A stretch of 64,000 nt of DNA from an uncultured virus (IMG/VR IMGVR_UViG_3300024999_000098) (taxonomy: Duplodnaviria > Heunggongvirae > Uroviricota > Caudoviricetes), in IMG/VR virus record IMGVR_UViG_3300024999_000098; one strand, given 5' to 3'. Under the pieces are notes generated by a model. It saw nothing but the letters and a program-made list of their open reading frames with translations, ran no database searches and was not told the origin of the DNA. Shown one piece after another: positions 1 to 9,465 of this stretch. The first letter of the stretch is position 1, and each line of letters starts with the position of its first letter. The position numbers were made by a program, and so were the translations under genes.

Positions 1-210
1 CAGGTTCGGGGTTGCCGACTGGGGTGAATTGAACCCGAAGGAAGATCCGGCGATGGTGAGGTTGATGATAGCCGTAGAACCATTATCGGCCTTGGCCTCC
101 AAGCTGACCGGCGTGACCCGGCCAGCGCAGCCGGAAAGCGATGACATGAATACCGCAACTACCAGGCAGAAAACAAACCCAACGAATATTTCGCAAAAAT
201 CCTTAAGCAT
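1..210 (-). CDS. Lipoprotein, N-terminal part (runs off window start)
   Basis: Translated by hand: MLKDFCEIFVGFVFCLVVAVFMSSLSGC-AGRVTP...; hydrophobic stretch plus lipobox LSGC; AGGAGG SD upstream; start overlaps stop of 203..520; open to position 1. Confidence 0.7.
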   Translation of the reverse strand, partial: MLKDFCEIFVGFVFCLVVAVFMSSLSGCAGRVTPVSLEAKADNGSTAIINLTIAGSSFGFNSPQSATPNL

Positions 211-520
211 CCTTCACCTCCTTCTTGGCCGCTCTTTTGGCAGCGATACTACTGGTGATTCCGACCTTGGCGCTGGTGGCGAACGTAGCGAACACGTTCA
301 ACGCGCCGACACACGACCACAGGGCCGTTGCCATGCCGACCTTCACGCCATCATCCATGGGGATCGAGATCCCGAAAATCTCCAGGATTCCCACGATCAA
401 CGTGAGAAGCGAGGAAACTGCGGTGACGGCTGCAGTGTTATTCTTCCACGACTCGGGATTGGCAATAATCTTCCCATGGTCGAGGGCCTTAATCAGTTCA
501 TCCGTTTTGACTGCTCTCAT
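203..520 (-). CDS. Small membrane protein, holin-like
   Basis: 105 aa, two hydrophobic segments, basic C-terminus. Confidence 0.55.
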   Translation of the reverse strand: MRAVKTDELIKALDHGKIIANPESWKNNTAAVTAVSSLLTLIVGILEIFGISIPMDDGVKVGMATALWSCVGALNVFATFATSAKVGITSSIAAKRAAKKEVKDA

Positions 521-711
521 GCTTCCCCCGTGAATTCGCGATTGCGCTTGTCGATCAACATCGCGGATCTTACCAGCGTGTTGACCAGTTTAGATCTGGA
601 ACCGCCCTGCCGTTTGAGCCAGAGCACAAGCTCCGGATCAAGACGAATGCAGATCCCGATCTTTTTAATCCCCTCGGGTTTCCGTGGGGCTCCCCTTTTT
701 TTGTCGGCCAT
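517..711 (-). CDS. Ribbon-helix-helix DNA-binding protein (BrnA antitoxin-like)
   Basis: RGAPRK...IRLDPELVLWLKRQG...VNTLVR pattern; GGAGGAG SD. Confidence 0.6.
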   Translation of the reverse strand: MADKKRGAPRKPEGIKKIGICIRLDPELVLWLKRQGGSRSKLVNTLVRSAMLIDKRNREFTGEA

Positions 712-757
712 AGGCTCCTCCAGTTGAATTGACAGTTACCGAAAAAACAATATCTAT

Positions 758-786
758 ATTGTATATTGTTTTACAATAATTGTCAA
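758..786 (-). promoter_or_regulatory. Sigma70 promoter with overlapping operator-like repeats
   Basis: Minus strand TTGACA-17nt-TACAAT; spacer contains palindrome TATTGT-AAA-ACAATA. Confidence 0.75.
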
Positions 787-799
787 CTGTAAAAAACGA

Positions 800-1312
800 T
801 TACCCAGAAACTTCCTTCTTCAGCGGGAGCATCCCGTATTTGTTGTTCAGGTACGACTGGGCAAGTTTGCGGAATTCAATCTCAATACTGAACAATCCCC
901 GCTCCACGTGCTCAAGTAACATACCAACCGGCATAACATCCTCACAATAAATCAAGACCAGCTTCTCGCCCGAGCTGTTCTCAATAATCCGGATCTCCCC
1001 GCGCACCCTCTCGGTATAGGCGACACCCGTCTCCTCGGGCTTTGTGAAGAAGTCGACAGATAATTCTACCTCCTTCCCCGCCAGGATCATGTCGAGCATA
1101 GACTCATTTGCCATTACTGGGGCATCCGGGAGAGGGAATTGGTGCTGACGGCAGATCAAATCAATAGGGTCCTCACAAACTCCTTCCTTCATTTCTTCGT
1201 TAATAAACTCGCCATGGTCAACCTGGTGGCCGCAGCACTGGCTATGGTCACCGGTTTTTTTACAGCAATCATCCCCTTTATTACAGGAACAAACGTCCTT
1301 CTCCTCATTCAT
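800..1312 (-). CDS. Hypothetical protein with Cys-rich N-terminus
   Basis: ORF 800..1492; start moved to MNEEKDVCSC (ATGA overlap with upstream gene). Confidence 0.55.
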   Translation of the reverse strand: MNEEKDVCSCNKGDDCCKKTGDHSQCCGHQVDHGEFINEEMKEGVCEDPIDLICRQHQFPLPDAPVMANESMLDMILAGKEVELSVDFFTKPEETGVAYTERVRGEIRIIENSSGEKLVLIYCEDVMPVGMLLEHVERGLFSIEIEFRKLAQSYLNNKYGMLPLKKEVSG

Positions 1313-1509
1313 TTTCCGAACCCCCGTAAGAATATTTTTTTGACAATGGCGGCAATCAACCACCCAATTACGACAAACATCACAAGGACAATCACACAAG
1401 CCGTCAGGTATAGCGCTGTGATTATCAACGCCATCACCGCTTCGAATATGTTCGACCCCGATAAAATGTTCGTCGTTCCCGATACAGCGCATATCCTCTC
1501 TATCAGCAT
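1309..1509 (-). CDS. Small membrane protein
   Basis: Long hydrophobic stretch; coupled to HNH gene end, SD AGGAGG. Confidence 0.55.
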   Translation of the reverse strand: MLIERICAVSGTTNILSGSNIFEAVMALIITALYLTACVIVLVMFVVIGWLIAAIVKKIFLRGFGK

Positions 1510-2036
1510 ACCCCTCCTTGTTTTATGATGTACTTTTTCGCGCTTGAATTTGTGTCACAGTCTTGAAAACCGAGGCACTGCTCCGCTGCATAGCGGGCAT
1601 AGGCAGCATCGAGAAGGTTGTCGTAATAACCCAAATGCTCATGACATCTGTTTATTGCGATCCTGGCCTCCCACCTACCCCTATCAACCCTCCATCGTAT
1701 GCCTTTTACGCCACAGACATTCCCAATACTTGTACTGCGATTTCTAGCCTGACACCGATGGGACGCCTCTCGCAGATTAATACGGCGGTTGTCTGTCCTC
1801 ACGCGATTACCGTGGTCAACGGTGTTTTCGGGCCAATACCCATCGGTGTAGAGAATGGCTAGGCGACTCGCAAGGTATGCAACCCCACATACTTTAATCT
1901 GAATATACCCATGAGAATCAACGCCACCAGCCTTAGCCCCAGCGGAAATCCCATTGGGTAGGGTTTTGTTCCACGTGAAAATCCCAGTCTCTGGGTTGTA
2001 GTCAAGCACCTCCTTGAGTCGTTCTTGTGTGATCAC
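1503..2036 (-). CDS. HNH (HNH_3)-AP2-like endonuclease, copy 1
   Basis: MITQERLKEVLDYNPETG...VDHGNRVRTDN..NLR...GVKGI.W..W.A.I..HLGYY. Confidence 0.85.
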   Translation of the reverse strand: MITQERLKEVLDYNPETGIFTWNKTLPNGISAGAKAGGVDSHGYIQIKVCGVAYLASRLAILYTDGYWPENTVDHGNRVRTDNRRINLREASHRCQARNRSTSIGNVCGVKGIRWRVDRGRWEARIAINRCHEHLGYYDNLLDAAYARYAAEQCLGFQDCDTNSSAKKYIIKQGGVC

Positions 2037-2416
2037 TTCTCTTGCCTCTCAAACCACTCAGTGATCAGCCTCTGAGCGATATGCTGGATGCTATAAGCAG
2101 CCGTCTCGTCGCCAACATTCTTTTCCCCGATCATCTCCAAATTCACTTGCCAGATATGCGTTGACTCATGGATAATTAAGCCTATCTGGTTAAGTACCTC
2201 AGCCTCTAAAGGAATGCACACAATAGCGTTTAGGCCATCTTCGCCATCGATAAAATGGGCACAGCCGTCCATCCCTGAACTAATAAATGGAATGTCATAG
2301 TCAGCAGCACCTATTTCCTTGAGACGTTTTTTAAACATCTTCCGAGAAGTACAAAGACAGTAGGCCATTTGTGCGTAGAGAATACCGTCAGTGAACCACA
2401 CTTGCTTTTTTTTCAT
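2033..2416 (-). CDS. Hypothetical protein with HExxH motif
   Basis: IIHESTH...DETAAY; possible zincin-like metalloprotein. Confidence 0.5.
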   Translation of the reverse strand: MKKKQVWFTDGILYAQMAYCLCTSRKMFKKRLKEIGAADYDIPFISSGMDGCAHFIDGEDGLNAIVCIPLEAEVLNQIGLIIHESTHIWQVNLEMIGEKNVGDETAAYSIQHIAQRLITEWFERQEK

Positions 2417-3108
2417 AGGATTCCCCTGTTGAATTTCAATAAAGCACAATCACCCACTATACCCTCCTCGTCAAGCTCAATCGCAGTATCTGCCTCACAA
2501 TAAGCACTACCACAGGCCCATTCACGGATGTCCTGCTCCTTGGCGGCGGCATCTTGGCGCTCCCTGGCCTCTTCCTCAAATTCAGCCCACTTCTCCCATT
2601 CAAAAACCCGCTGCTCCAGGGTTTTGCCGTCAGTCTTAAGGATGCCGGTGCCATACTGGTTCAACTGGGAGATGATATCACTGAACACCTTCATCTGGTC
2701 TGCCTGTTGGGCCTGGGCCTTGATCCGCTGGTCCTGCTCACAGAGGATCTGGCCGCGAGACTTGCGTTCCTCGGGAAAGACCATCTCGGAGAACCGTGCA
2801 GCCAATTCCTTTTCCCTGGATAGCTTCTTCTCCCGGCGCAGGATCACCAGGGCGGCAATATAAACGATGGCCCCCAGGTAGTCACAGATCGCCCGGTCGT
2901 CATCCTCGCAGTTCATCGCCTCCAGGACTTTCTTCCTGGCCTGGCCGACATGGAACCCCGGCCCAACCACTCGACCCTCTGTCACGATGGGCTGGTCCAG
3001 GAACGGGAGCCCGTTGGCGTGACACTCTTTACCCTTCCCGATCTGAGACTGATCGAGAGCCTGCTGCAGCACCTCTGCCAGCGGTTCGTACCCCGGTTCT
3101 ACCCGCAT
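2413..3108 (-). CDS. Phage hypothetical protein
   Basis: Start MRVEPGY after GGAGGTG SD; GKGKECHANGLPF motif resembles conserved phage proteins. Confidence 0.55.
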   Translation of the reverse strand: MRVEPGYEPLAEVLQQALDQSQIGKGKECHANGLPFLDQPIVTEGRVVGPGFHVGQARKKVLEAMNCEDDDRAICDYLGAIVYIAALVILRREKKLSREKELAARFSEMVFPEERKSRGQILCEQDQRIKAQAQQADQMKVFSDIISQLNQYGTGILKTDGKTLEQRVFEWEKWAEFEEEARERQDAAAKEQDIREWACGSAYCEADTAIELDEEGIVGDCALLKFNRGIL

Positions 3109-3150
3109 ATCACCTCCGTTGAATTGAGAGAAAAAATCATCCTCCTGATA

Positions 3151-3222
3151 CTTATACACCACTTGTGAAATAATGCAATATTAGAATTCGATTCTTGCAA
3201 TTTCCGGATTACCGGCTATACT
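3151..3222. promoter_or_regulatory. Divergent promoter pair
   Basis: Minus: TTGCAT-16-TATAAG; plus: TTGCAA-16-TATACT upstream of thyX. Confidence 0.55.
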
Positions 3223-3270
3223 ATGACAAATCAGAGGTGCATAGGGCACCGAAAAACCATTGGAGGATTT

Positions 3271-4191
3271 ATGTACACAGTGAACCCGGAGTACCAGATT
3301 CAAGACAGGAGGGGGATGACACTCTCCCGTCGTATCGAGATGTTCGGCAGGACAGCCTATCAATCCTGGGATAAGATGGACGATGACAGCGACCGGCGAT
3401 TCTGTGAGAAGCACGCCGCGCACCGGTCCACCTTCGAAGGTGCCTGTATGCATCTGCTTGTTTTCTCAGACTATGCCGAGGAAATCTCCTATTTCCTGAC
3501 GGCGACCGACCGGAAATACCTCATGATCGAGTCCCTGAAGAGCGGGGGCCTGCTGATCACCGGCACCGTTCGCGCCCTGCAGGAGTGGATCAACGGCGAC
3601 ACCGGTATAGGCATGAGGCTGCAGTATTTTCTCCATGAATTCGACCCGCTCCTGTTCCCGAATTTCCCCGGCGACGGATACAGTGTCGAGAAGAGCAGGA
3701 CTGATGTCATCTCTGTTCCGCCCGCAGCAGTAGTGGATCTATCGGCATACCCTGACAAGCACCTGATGGTCATGGTCAGGTTCGTCGTCAACCGGGCCGT
3801 CACCCATGAGCTGGTCCGCCATCGCCCGTGTTCCTTCCTGCAGGAGAGTCAGCGTTATTGCCGGTACAATCAGGAGCGTTTTGGGGAAGGTGTTACCTTT
3901 ATTAAGCCGACTGCTTTCTATAAAGAAGGAACCCGAGATTATATGCTCTGGGAAAAGGCCATGCGCGGCACCGAGAAGATCTACCTGGAGCTTTTGAAGA
4001 GCAGCACGCCACAGGCGGCACGGATCGTCCTGCCGAATTCCTGTAAGACAGAACTGGCTATGTATGCCACAGTAGCCGAATGGCGGCATGTGTTCAAAAT
4101 GAGAAACAACAAAGCCTGTGATCCATCCATGCAGGAGATCATGAAGCCGTTGGCAGGGGATTTTTTCCAGAACCGGGTACTCTGGGAATAG
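3271..4191 (+). CDS. thyX: FAD-dependent thymidylate synthase
   Basis: ThyX motif HELVRHR.CSFLQESQRY; ARIVLPN; W..VFKMR; GGAGG SD. Confidence 0.92.
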   Translation: MYTVNPEYQIQDRRGMTLSRRIEMFGRTAYQSWDKMDDDSDRRFCEKHAAHRSTFEGACMHLLVFSDYAEEISYFLTATDRKYLMIESLKSGGLLITGTVRALQEWINGDTGIGMRLQYFLHEFDPLLFPNFPGDGYSVEKSRTDVISVPPAAVVDLSAYPDKHLMVMVRFVVNRAVTHELVRHRPCSFLQESQRYCRYNQERFGEGVTFIKPTAFYKEGTRDYMLWEKAMRGTEKIYLELLKSSTPQAARIVLPNSCKTELAMYATVAEWRHVFKMRNNKACDPSMQEIMKPLAGDFFQNRVLWE

Positions 4192-4242
4192 GTCGAAAGA
4201 GACATAGCCCACGAAGAAGTCGAAAACGACTTGAGGGCGAAG

Positions 4243-4281
4243 AAAAAGGCGGCTTGGTTTGATTCCCGAGCCGCCTTTTTT
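4243..4281. terminator. Bidirectional intrinsic terminator
   Basis: AAAAA-GGCGGCTTGG...CCGAGCCGCC-TTTTTT between convergent genes. Confidence 0.8.
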
Positions 4282-4477
4282 ATTCAATCTAAATTATGGG
4301 AAGGCCGAAAACTTCGGTCCTCTTCCTTTTGTCACCTGTGGACCAGTGGCCACTTTGGCCATGCACAAACATGCTCTGGCAGGAAGTCCTTATCCTTCCA
4401 CCGGATACAGGTATGTTCACACCCGGACTTCGCTTCACTACAGACGCACGATAGATTCTTAATCCTTGGTCGCTCCA

Positions 4478-5434
4478 TCACTTTCTCCCTTTAAAAATCT
4501 TGGCAGTATTTTCTAATACCAGAACATCGGCCCAATCAAGGCCATCCTTGTCGGGAATATAAACTGACACCAGAAGGTCGCGGTGCTTTGGCGATGTCAT
4601 TATCCTGTTTGCCAGAGTGTACGCTGCACGTTGACCAGCGTAATTTTTATCATTGTCGCCGAAGATATAGAGATGAACAACCCCAGGCGGTGGTTCAAAT
4701 CCAACCAACAGGGAAGATGTCAGCGTTGCCCAGGTTGGGATACCTGCCTGCTCACTTGCCGCCAACATCGTCTCTACTCCCTCCCCAATTCCGAGCCTGT
4801 TGTCCGCAGGGTGTAATCGGATAGCCCCGCCGAGCATCTTTTTCAGGGCCGGTAGAAACCGCTTTGGTTCTTCCAGGTCCATTTTCTTTCCATCTTCCGT
4901 GATAAACGTTTCATGAATAGTGATTCCTTGGTTGTCAGGCCCCATAAAAACACCCAACATGGCATGTTCTTTTTTTCTTGTTTCAGTACACCAGCACTGG
5001 CTTGTGTAGCGCAGAGATGATGGAATTTTGGTGATGCCACGACCAACCAAATACTTCCATGCCGGATCTCCCGGCTTTACCGGCGCTGAATTGAGAAATA
5101 ACGCCCGCAGGTTTTCTGGTGATGCCTTCGCCTGAACCGACGCTGTACGAATTTCACACTTGTGGATTATTTTTCGAACCTCATAAGCGGCCTCTGGCAA
5201 GGTTAAATTGAAGAATTTCATCACCATCCCCCAACCGTCACCACCTCCGCAGTATGTACAGATCCACGACCCGGTTCCTTCCAGATCATCGAACCGAAAT
5301 GGCTTTGACTTACCCGGTTTCTTGCACAAGGGGCAGTCAACATGGCGACCATCACCAACATCAATACCGAGGTTGGAAAAAATGTCAACCCAGCGCCCAA
5401 TACAGTCCGATTTGAGATAATCAAACTGTGACAT
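4478..5434 (-). CDS. Primase (Zn-ribbon + TOPRIM), no fused helicase
   Basis: CPLC..FRFDD..WICTYC Zn ribbon; GEGVET and FGDND TOPRIM motifs; start MSQFDY. Confidence 0.85.
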   Translation of the reverse strand: MSQFDYLKSDCIGRWVDIFSNLGIDVGDGRHVDCPLCKKPGKSKPFRFDDLEGTGSWICTYCGGGDGWGMVMKFFNLTLPEAAYEVRKIIHKCEIRTASVQAKASPENLRALFLNSAPVKPGDPAWKYLVGRGITKIPSSLRYTSQCWCTETRKKEHAMLGVFMGPDNQGITIHETFITEDGKKMDLEEPKRFLPALKKMLGGAIRLHPADNRLGIGEGVETMLAASEQAGIPTWATLTSSLLVGFEPPPGVVHLYIFGDNDKNYAGQRAAYTLANRIMTSPKHRDLLVSVYIPDKDGLDWADVLVLENTAKIFKGRK

Positions 5435-5963
5435 TGCCCCTCCCCTGTGCGTCGATATATTGCTTCGCACTTGAGCTTGTGTCGCAATCTGGATATCCAA
5501 GGCATTGCTCTGCTGCATAGCGGGCGTATGCTGCCTCCAGTAGTGAATCATAATACCCCAGGTGTCTGTGTGAATTGTCAACGCGCATACCCACCTTCCA
5601 TTTTTTCCCCCGCTGCTGATTAGGGGAAACACCCTTGATTCCCGATGTATTCCTTTTGTTCATTCCGCTGTTCCTGGTTTGGCACTGCCTTGAGGCTTCA
5701 CGCAGATTCAACCGCCAGTTATGCCAACGCACGCGGTCAATATGATCTACCGTAGTTTCGGGTAGATAACCATCGGTATAGAGGATCGCCAGTCGGTGGG
5801 CATAATGATTCTTTCCGTTTATTCTTATCACAACGTATGCACTATTGTCTAAACACCCAGCTATATCACCGACGTTCCTGCCAGATCCGGCCTCTATCCA
5901 CGTAAAAATCCCAGTTTCTGAATTGTAGTCCAACACCTCCTTAAGCCGTTCCTGTGTAATCAC
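5421..5963 (-). CDS. HNH-AP2-like endonuclease, copy 2
   Basis: Paralog of 1503..2036; VDHIDRVRWHNWRLNLR. Confidence 0.85.
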   Translation of the reverse strand: MITQERLKEVLDYNSETGIFTWIEAGSGRNVGDIAGCLDNSAYVVIRINGKNHYAHRLAILYTDGYLPETTVDHIDRVRWHNWRLNLREASRQCQTRNSGMNKRNTSGIKGVSPNQQRGKKWKVGMRVDNSHRHLGYYDSLLEAAYARYAAEQCLGYPDCDTSSSAKQYIDAQGRGNVTV

Positions 5964-6127
5964 TTACCCTCCTTCTCTTTCCAGGATTCCTTTTCAAGTT
6001 CAATCAGATACTCGTACTTGGCGAGGCACCGATCAGAACAAACAGCTGGGATTGTGCCAACAGATATCTGATCGCCACAGATAATACAAGATACCATTTC
6101 CGTATGATTTGGCGTGACATTCATCAT
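5960..6127 (-). CDS. Small Zn-ribbon protein
   Basis: Hand-translated 55 aa, CIIC..CSDRC; stop/start overlaps on both sides. Confidence 0.55.
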   Translation of the reverse strand: MMNVTPNHTEMVSCIICGDQISVGTIPAVCSDRCLAKYEYLIELEKESWKEKEGK

Positions 6128-6645
6128 AGCTCCTCCATTCCTGGGGTTATTGGGTATTCCCGTGGTGCATAATTAAAAACCTTCGTCTTTTTCCAACCAC
6201 CAGGGGTTTCACGGTAAGGCCCACACTGGGTGATAATGGTGGCGGCATATTTTTTCTGGGTCTTATAAAACCTCTCCACAATTTGCTTATCAGACATTCT
6301 TTGTGTAAAAAACTGATCCAATGACGAGTCGGAGTAGGTGACCTCCGGGTATTTCCGCCTAAAAGTGCGGAACCTCGCGGCCCGGTCCTCCGTGGTGCCA
6401 AACCGGCGCGGAGCGCAGCTTGGGCAGTGTTTACGGTCACCCTTGCGAATAAGGTGATACAGGTCAACGTCGAACCTAAACCCACAGTGGTCACATTCCG
6501 CCCTGACTATACCGTAATGCCCCCCGTGGTTTCCATATGGAATGCGACGGAATGAATTATTGCAGATGTGAATAATCCCAAACTTCATCCCTACGTACTC
6601 GGGTTTCAACTTACCATTTTCAATGTATTTTACTTCACCCATCAA
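6124..6645 (-). CDS. Hypothetical protein with Zn finger
   Basis: CDHC...CPSC; coupled to helicase stop. Confidence 0.55.
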   Translation of the reverse strand: MMGEVKYIENGKLKPEYVGMKFGIIHICNNSFRRIPYGNHGGHYGIVRAECDHCGFRFDVDLYHLIRKGDRKHCPSCAPRRFGTTEDRAARFRTFRRKYPEVTYSDSSLDQFFTQRMSDKQIVERFYKTQKKYAATIITQCGPYRETPGGWKKTKVFNYAPREYPITPGMEEL

Positions 6646-8123
6646 CGCCTCCTATGATGATACTTTATATTCAAGTGTTTAAGATAATTCATAAACGCCT
6701 GATCTGGCTCAACCTCAGTGACATTATCCATCCCTCGCGGCCACTCTTTAAACTTCTCATTATATTTGTGAGAGCACCATCCAGCAGAGTATCCCTTAAA
6801 CCGAGCCCACCTTTTTAACATACCAAGGAAAATTCTTTTGTCAACAACTGAATCGACTTTACCGATCTCTTTCAAGGTGCCCTCCTTGACCTCGACCTTT
6901 TTCCCATGGCGCTTAAGAACAGACCCGCAGTCCGGACAGGTGATCCCTTCCTCTAGAACCCGATTGCAAACCTGGCACTTCAACACGCCCTTCTCCTTTT
7001 TCGCCCGCTCCGCCTTTGACCAGACTCGGGCTTTGCCATCGAGCGACCATTCGTGCGGCCACTCCAGAAGCCCATGTTCTTCAAGGCATCCAGCGTGATC
7101 GAGGATTATACAGTCGTGCTTGCCGGGGTACAGCCGGGAGCCGCGACCACCCATCTGGATGAACCGCCCAAGGCTTTTTGTAGGCCTGGCAAGCACTATA
7201 CAAGAGGCTATAGGAAGGTCCGTACCTTCGCAGGCGATCCCGACGTTCACGAGTACCTGCAGTTCACCATCAGTGAACGCGTCGAACGCAGCACTCCGGG
7301 TTTCATGATCAGTCTTCGCGTCGATGTGCATTGCCTCGATCCCATTATTCCTGAACTGGCTTTCCAGGGCAATCGAATGTGCAACGCTGGTGGCGAATAC
7401 GATGGTCGACCGTTCCGGGCAGATCTCGGACCAGTTCTGATAGATATCACCGACCAGCTTCGGTTTATTGGTCCGGCGCTCAAGCTCTCCCAAGTTATAG
7501 TCTCCAGCCACAAGTGGGGGCATATTGTCGAGATCAGGTTCTCCAGGCGCGAAGTAGCGGAACGGGACCAATTTCCCCTTATCTATCAGCTCCGCGATCC
7601 CGACCGTGGGAATGATCGCATCGTAGAATTCTCCCAAACCACGGCCATCTTGGCGGCATGGGGTTGCAGTTAGACCGATGACAACTTTCGATTGGTCGTA
7701 GGCCTTCAGGATCTTCTGGTATGATGGAGATATAGAGGAGTGAGCCTCGTCCACGAAAATAATATCGGCATCATGCCACCATCTATTAAGCGCAAACTCC
7801 TCCAGATCCATGCGCCTTGAGTACGTCTGCATCGACGCGATCTGGATTGCAGCCTCATGGTCGCACGCCTCCCCAGCCATAACGATCCCAGTGGTCAAGC
7901 CGGTGGACTCGATTGTACGCTTGGCCTGGAAGACCAATTCACGCCTATTCGCAAGGAATAACACCTGCTTATCTTTACCCCTAGCTAACCCAGTGATCAT
8001 TGCAGCCATCACCGTCTTGCCGCTGCCGGTCGGAGCTACGATGATAACCCTGCGTTTTCCCGAAGCAATTGCCGCTCTGGCATCCGCGACCGCCTTGTCT
8101 TGAAAGTCGTATGGAGTGAACAT
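6642..8123 (-). CDS. SF2 DEAD/DEAH helicase (RadD/YejH-like)
   Basis: APTGSGKT, DEAH, TATP, QMGGRGSR, C-terminal CxxC/CxxC. Confidence 0.92.
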   Translation of the reverse strand: MFTPYDFQDKAVADARAAIASGKRRVIIVAPTGSGKTVMAAMITGLARGKDKQVLFLANRRELVFQAKRTIESTGLTTGIVMAGEACDHEAAIQIASMQTYSRRMDLEEFALNRWWHDADIIFVDEAHSSISPSYQKILKAYDQSKVVIGLTATPCRQDGRGLGEFYDAIIPTVGIAELIDKGKLVPFRYFAPGEPDLDNMPPLVAGDYNLGELERRTNKPKLVGDIYQNWSEICPERSTIVFATSVAHSIALESQFRNNGIEAMHIDAKTDHETRSAAFDAFTDGELQVLVNVGIACEGTDLPIASCIVLARPTKSLGRFIQMGGRGSRLYPGKHDCIILDHAGCLEEHGLLEWPHEWSLDGKARVWSKAERAKKEKGVLKCQVCNRVLEEGITCPDCGSVLKRHGKKVEVKEGTLKEIGKVDSVVDKRIFLGMLKRWARFKGYSAGWCSHKYNEKFKEWPRGMDNVTEVEPDQAFMNYLKHLNIKYHHRRR

Positions 8124-8396
8124 TTTCCCCACTTTCCGCATTCGATGCGGTTTTAATGTTAAATCAGGTGGTTATAGGCTGTCCAATGAAGAAGTGTAAT
8201 AGTTTCCGGTACTTTGAGAAACCGCTTTTCTTCTTTTATGGTTTGACAGGTCAAAATGACCCGTGCTACAATAACCTCCGTCTCCCTTAGAACGCTTTTG
8301 AAAAAACAGGCCGTTGAATAGGCTACGGCTTGCACGCCTGCTACTGCTATCTGATCCTTTTCTTTCATTGGTCAGCCGCTGTACAGTCTGGCTACC

Positions 8397-8511
8397 TACT
8401 GAGACGCTGCTTACTGAGACGCTGTTGAAGGCGAGCTTAAGGCGAGCCCTGTATTGAGTTGCTCCCAGTGTTAGGCATGTTACCAAACGGTAACTGTTAC
8501 CAAACGGTAAC
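8397..8511. repeat. Short direct repeats and tandem palindromes in non-coding gap
   Basis: TACTGAGACGCTG x2 (8397, 8412); TGTTACCAAACGGTAAC x2 (8478, 8495). Confidence 0.8.
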
Positions 8512-8512
8512 A

Positions 8513-8830
8513 TCATTGCTGATACTCCCACCAGCCAACCCGGACCTCCTTGGGACGCTTCCGGTCGTCGTCACCCAGAGCCCGCCAGGCATCGTTACCG
8601 ACCCCCATTTCATACCGCTGTGACTTCGGAGTCCTACGCTGCAGCATGATCTTGGGGTCATCCCACTCCAATACCTCCAGGCGCTTATACATGGCGGCGA
8701 TCCTGACGTTCTTGGCATTAGCGATCTCCTGAATGGTCATGGGGCCTTCGTCGGTCATCAAAAATTTTGGCCATCTCTGCCCGTTTTTAATGGGTTTTTC
8801 TATCAGCCTGGTCGGGTTCCTCTCTTCCAT
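8513..8830 (-). CDS. Hypothetical protein, possible HTH
   Basis: First gene after leftward promoter; AGGAGG SD; TIQEIANAKNVRIAAMYKRL. Confidence 0.55.
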   Translation of the reverse strand: MEERNPTRLIEKPIKNGQRWPKFLMTDEGPMTIQEIANAKNVRIAAMYKRLEVLEWDDPKIMLQRRTPKSQRYEMGVGNDAWRALGDDDRKRPKEVRVGWWEYQQ

Positions 8831-8874
8831 AGTGCCTCCTGTGGTGGTTAATAAATGTACTGCCTATGATGGGG

Positions 8875-8946
8875 GTTATACACCTGGGAAAAAAAGATGT
8901 CAATATTTTCTTTTATCCTTGCATTATTCTTTTTGTAGTCTATAAT
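8875..8946. promoter_or_regulatory. Divergent sigma70 promoters
   Basis: Minus: TTGACA-17-TATAAC (8903..8875); plus: TTGCAT-16-TATAAT (8919..8946). Confidence 0.75.
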
Positions 8947-8985
8947 ATGAGGCTGAACTGAGGGAAATTCAACCCAGGAGGGAGT

Positions 8986-9465
8986 ATGAAGACGGTCACG
9001 CTGTTGGCTAAGGTTTTCGAAGGGGAGATTGTTCCGGACAGCCCAAGGAATTGGGACACTGCCATGAAGATCCTTGAGGGGAAACAGGTGTCGGTCAAGA
9101 TCGGCCCGCGTACCAGGGTTCGCAGCACCTTACAGAACAACTACCTCTGGGGGGTTGTGTACAAGACGATCTCCGATGAAACCGGTAACGACTCCAAGGA
9201 TTTACATGAGTATTTCAAGGAGAAGTTTATATCAACAATCGTATACCGGACAATGCATAAGCCGGATGGGACCAGTGAGGTGATTGATTTTCGTCATACT
9301 CGTTCCACAACGGACTTGACAACGACAGAATTCATCGAGTATTATCGTAATATCATTGCGTTCGCCGCCGAGGATCTCGGGATCTATGTGCCCGAACCCA
9401 ATGAGGAAGAGATGTGGCAACTGCTCAAGATGGTTGAAGAAGAAGAAAAACGGAGGAAGCTATGA
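8986..9465 (+). CDS. NinB/YbcN-like recombination protein
   Basis: RSTLQNNYLWG..Y..I...G....LHEYFK..F..STTDL motif. Confidence 0.65.
   Translation: MKTVTLLAKVFEGEIVPDSPRNWDTAMKILEGKQVSVKIGPRTRVRSTLQNNYLWGVVYKTISDETGNDSKDLHEYFKEKFISTIVYRTMHKPDGTSEVIDFRHTRSTTDLTTTEFIEYYRNIIAFAAEDLGIYVPEPNEEEMWQLLKMVEEEEKRRKL

Noticed and set aside
8397..8511. CRISPR mini-array
   Set aside because: Repeats are 13-17 bp, directly tandem, with no spacers and no cas genes.
8172..8531. 119-aa ORF as replication initiator
   Set aside because: Low-complexity translation of DNA repeats; no Rep motifs.
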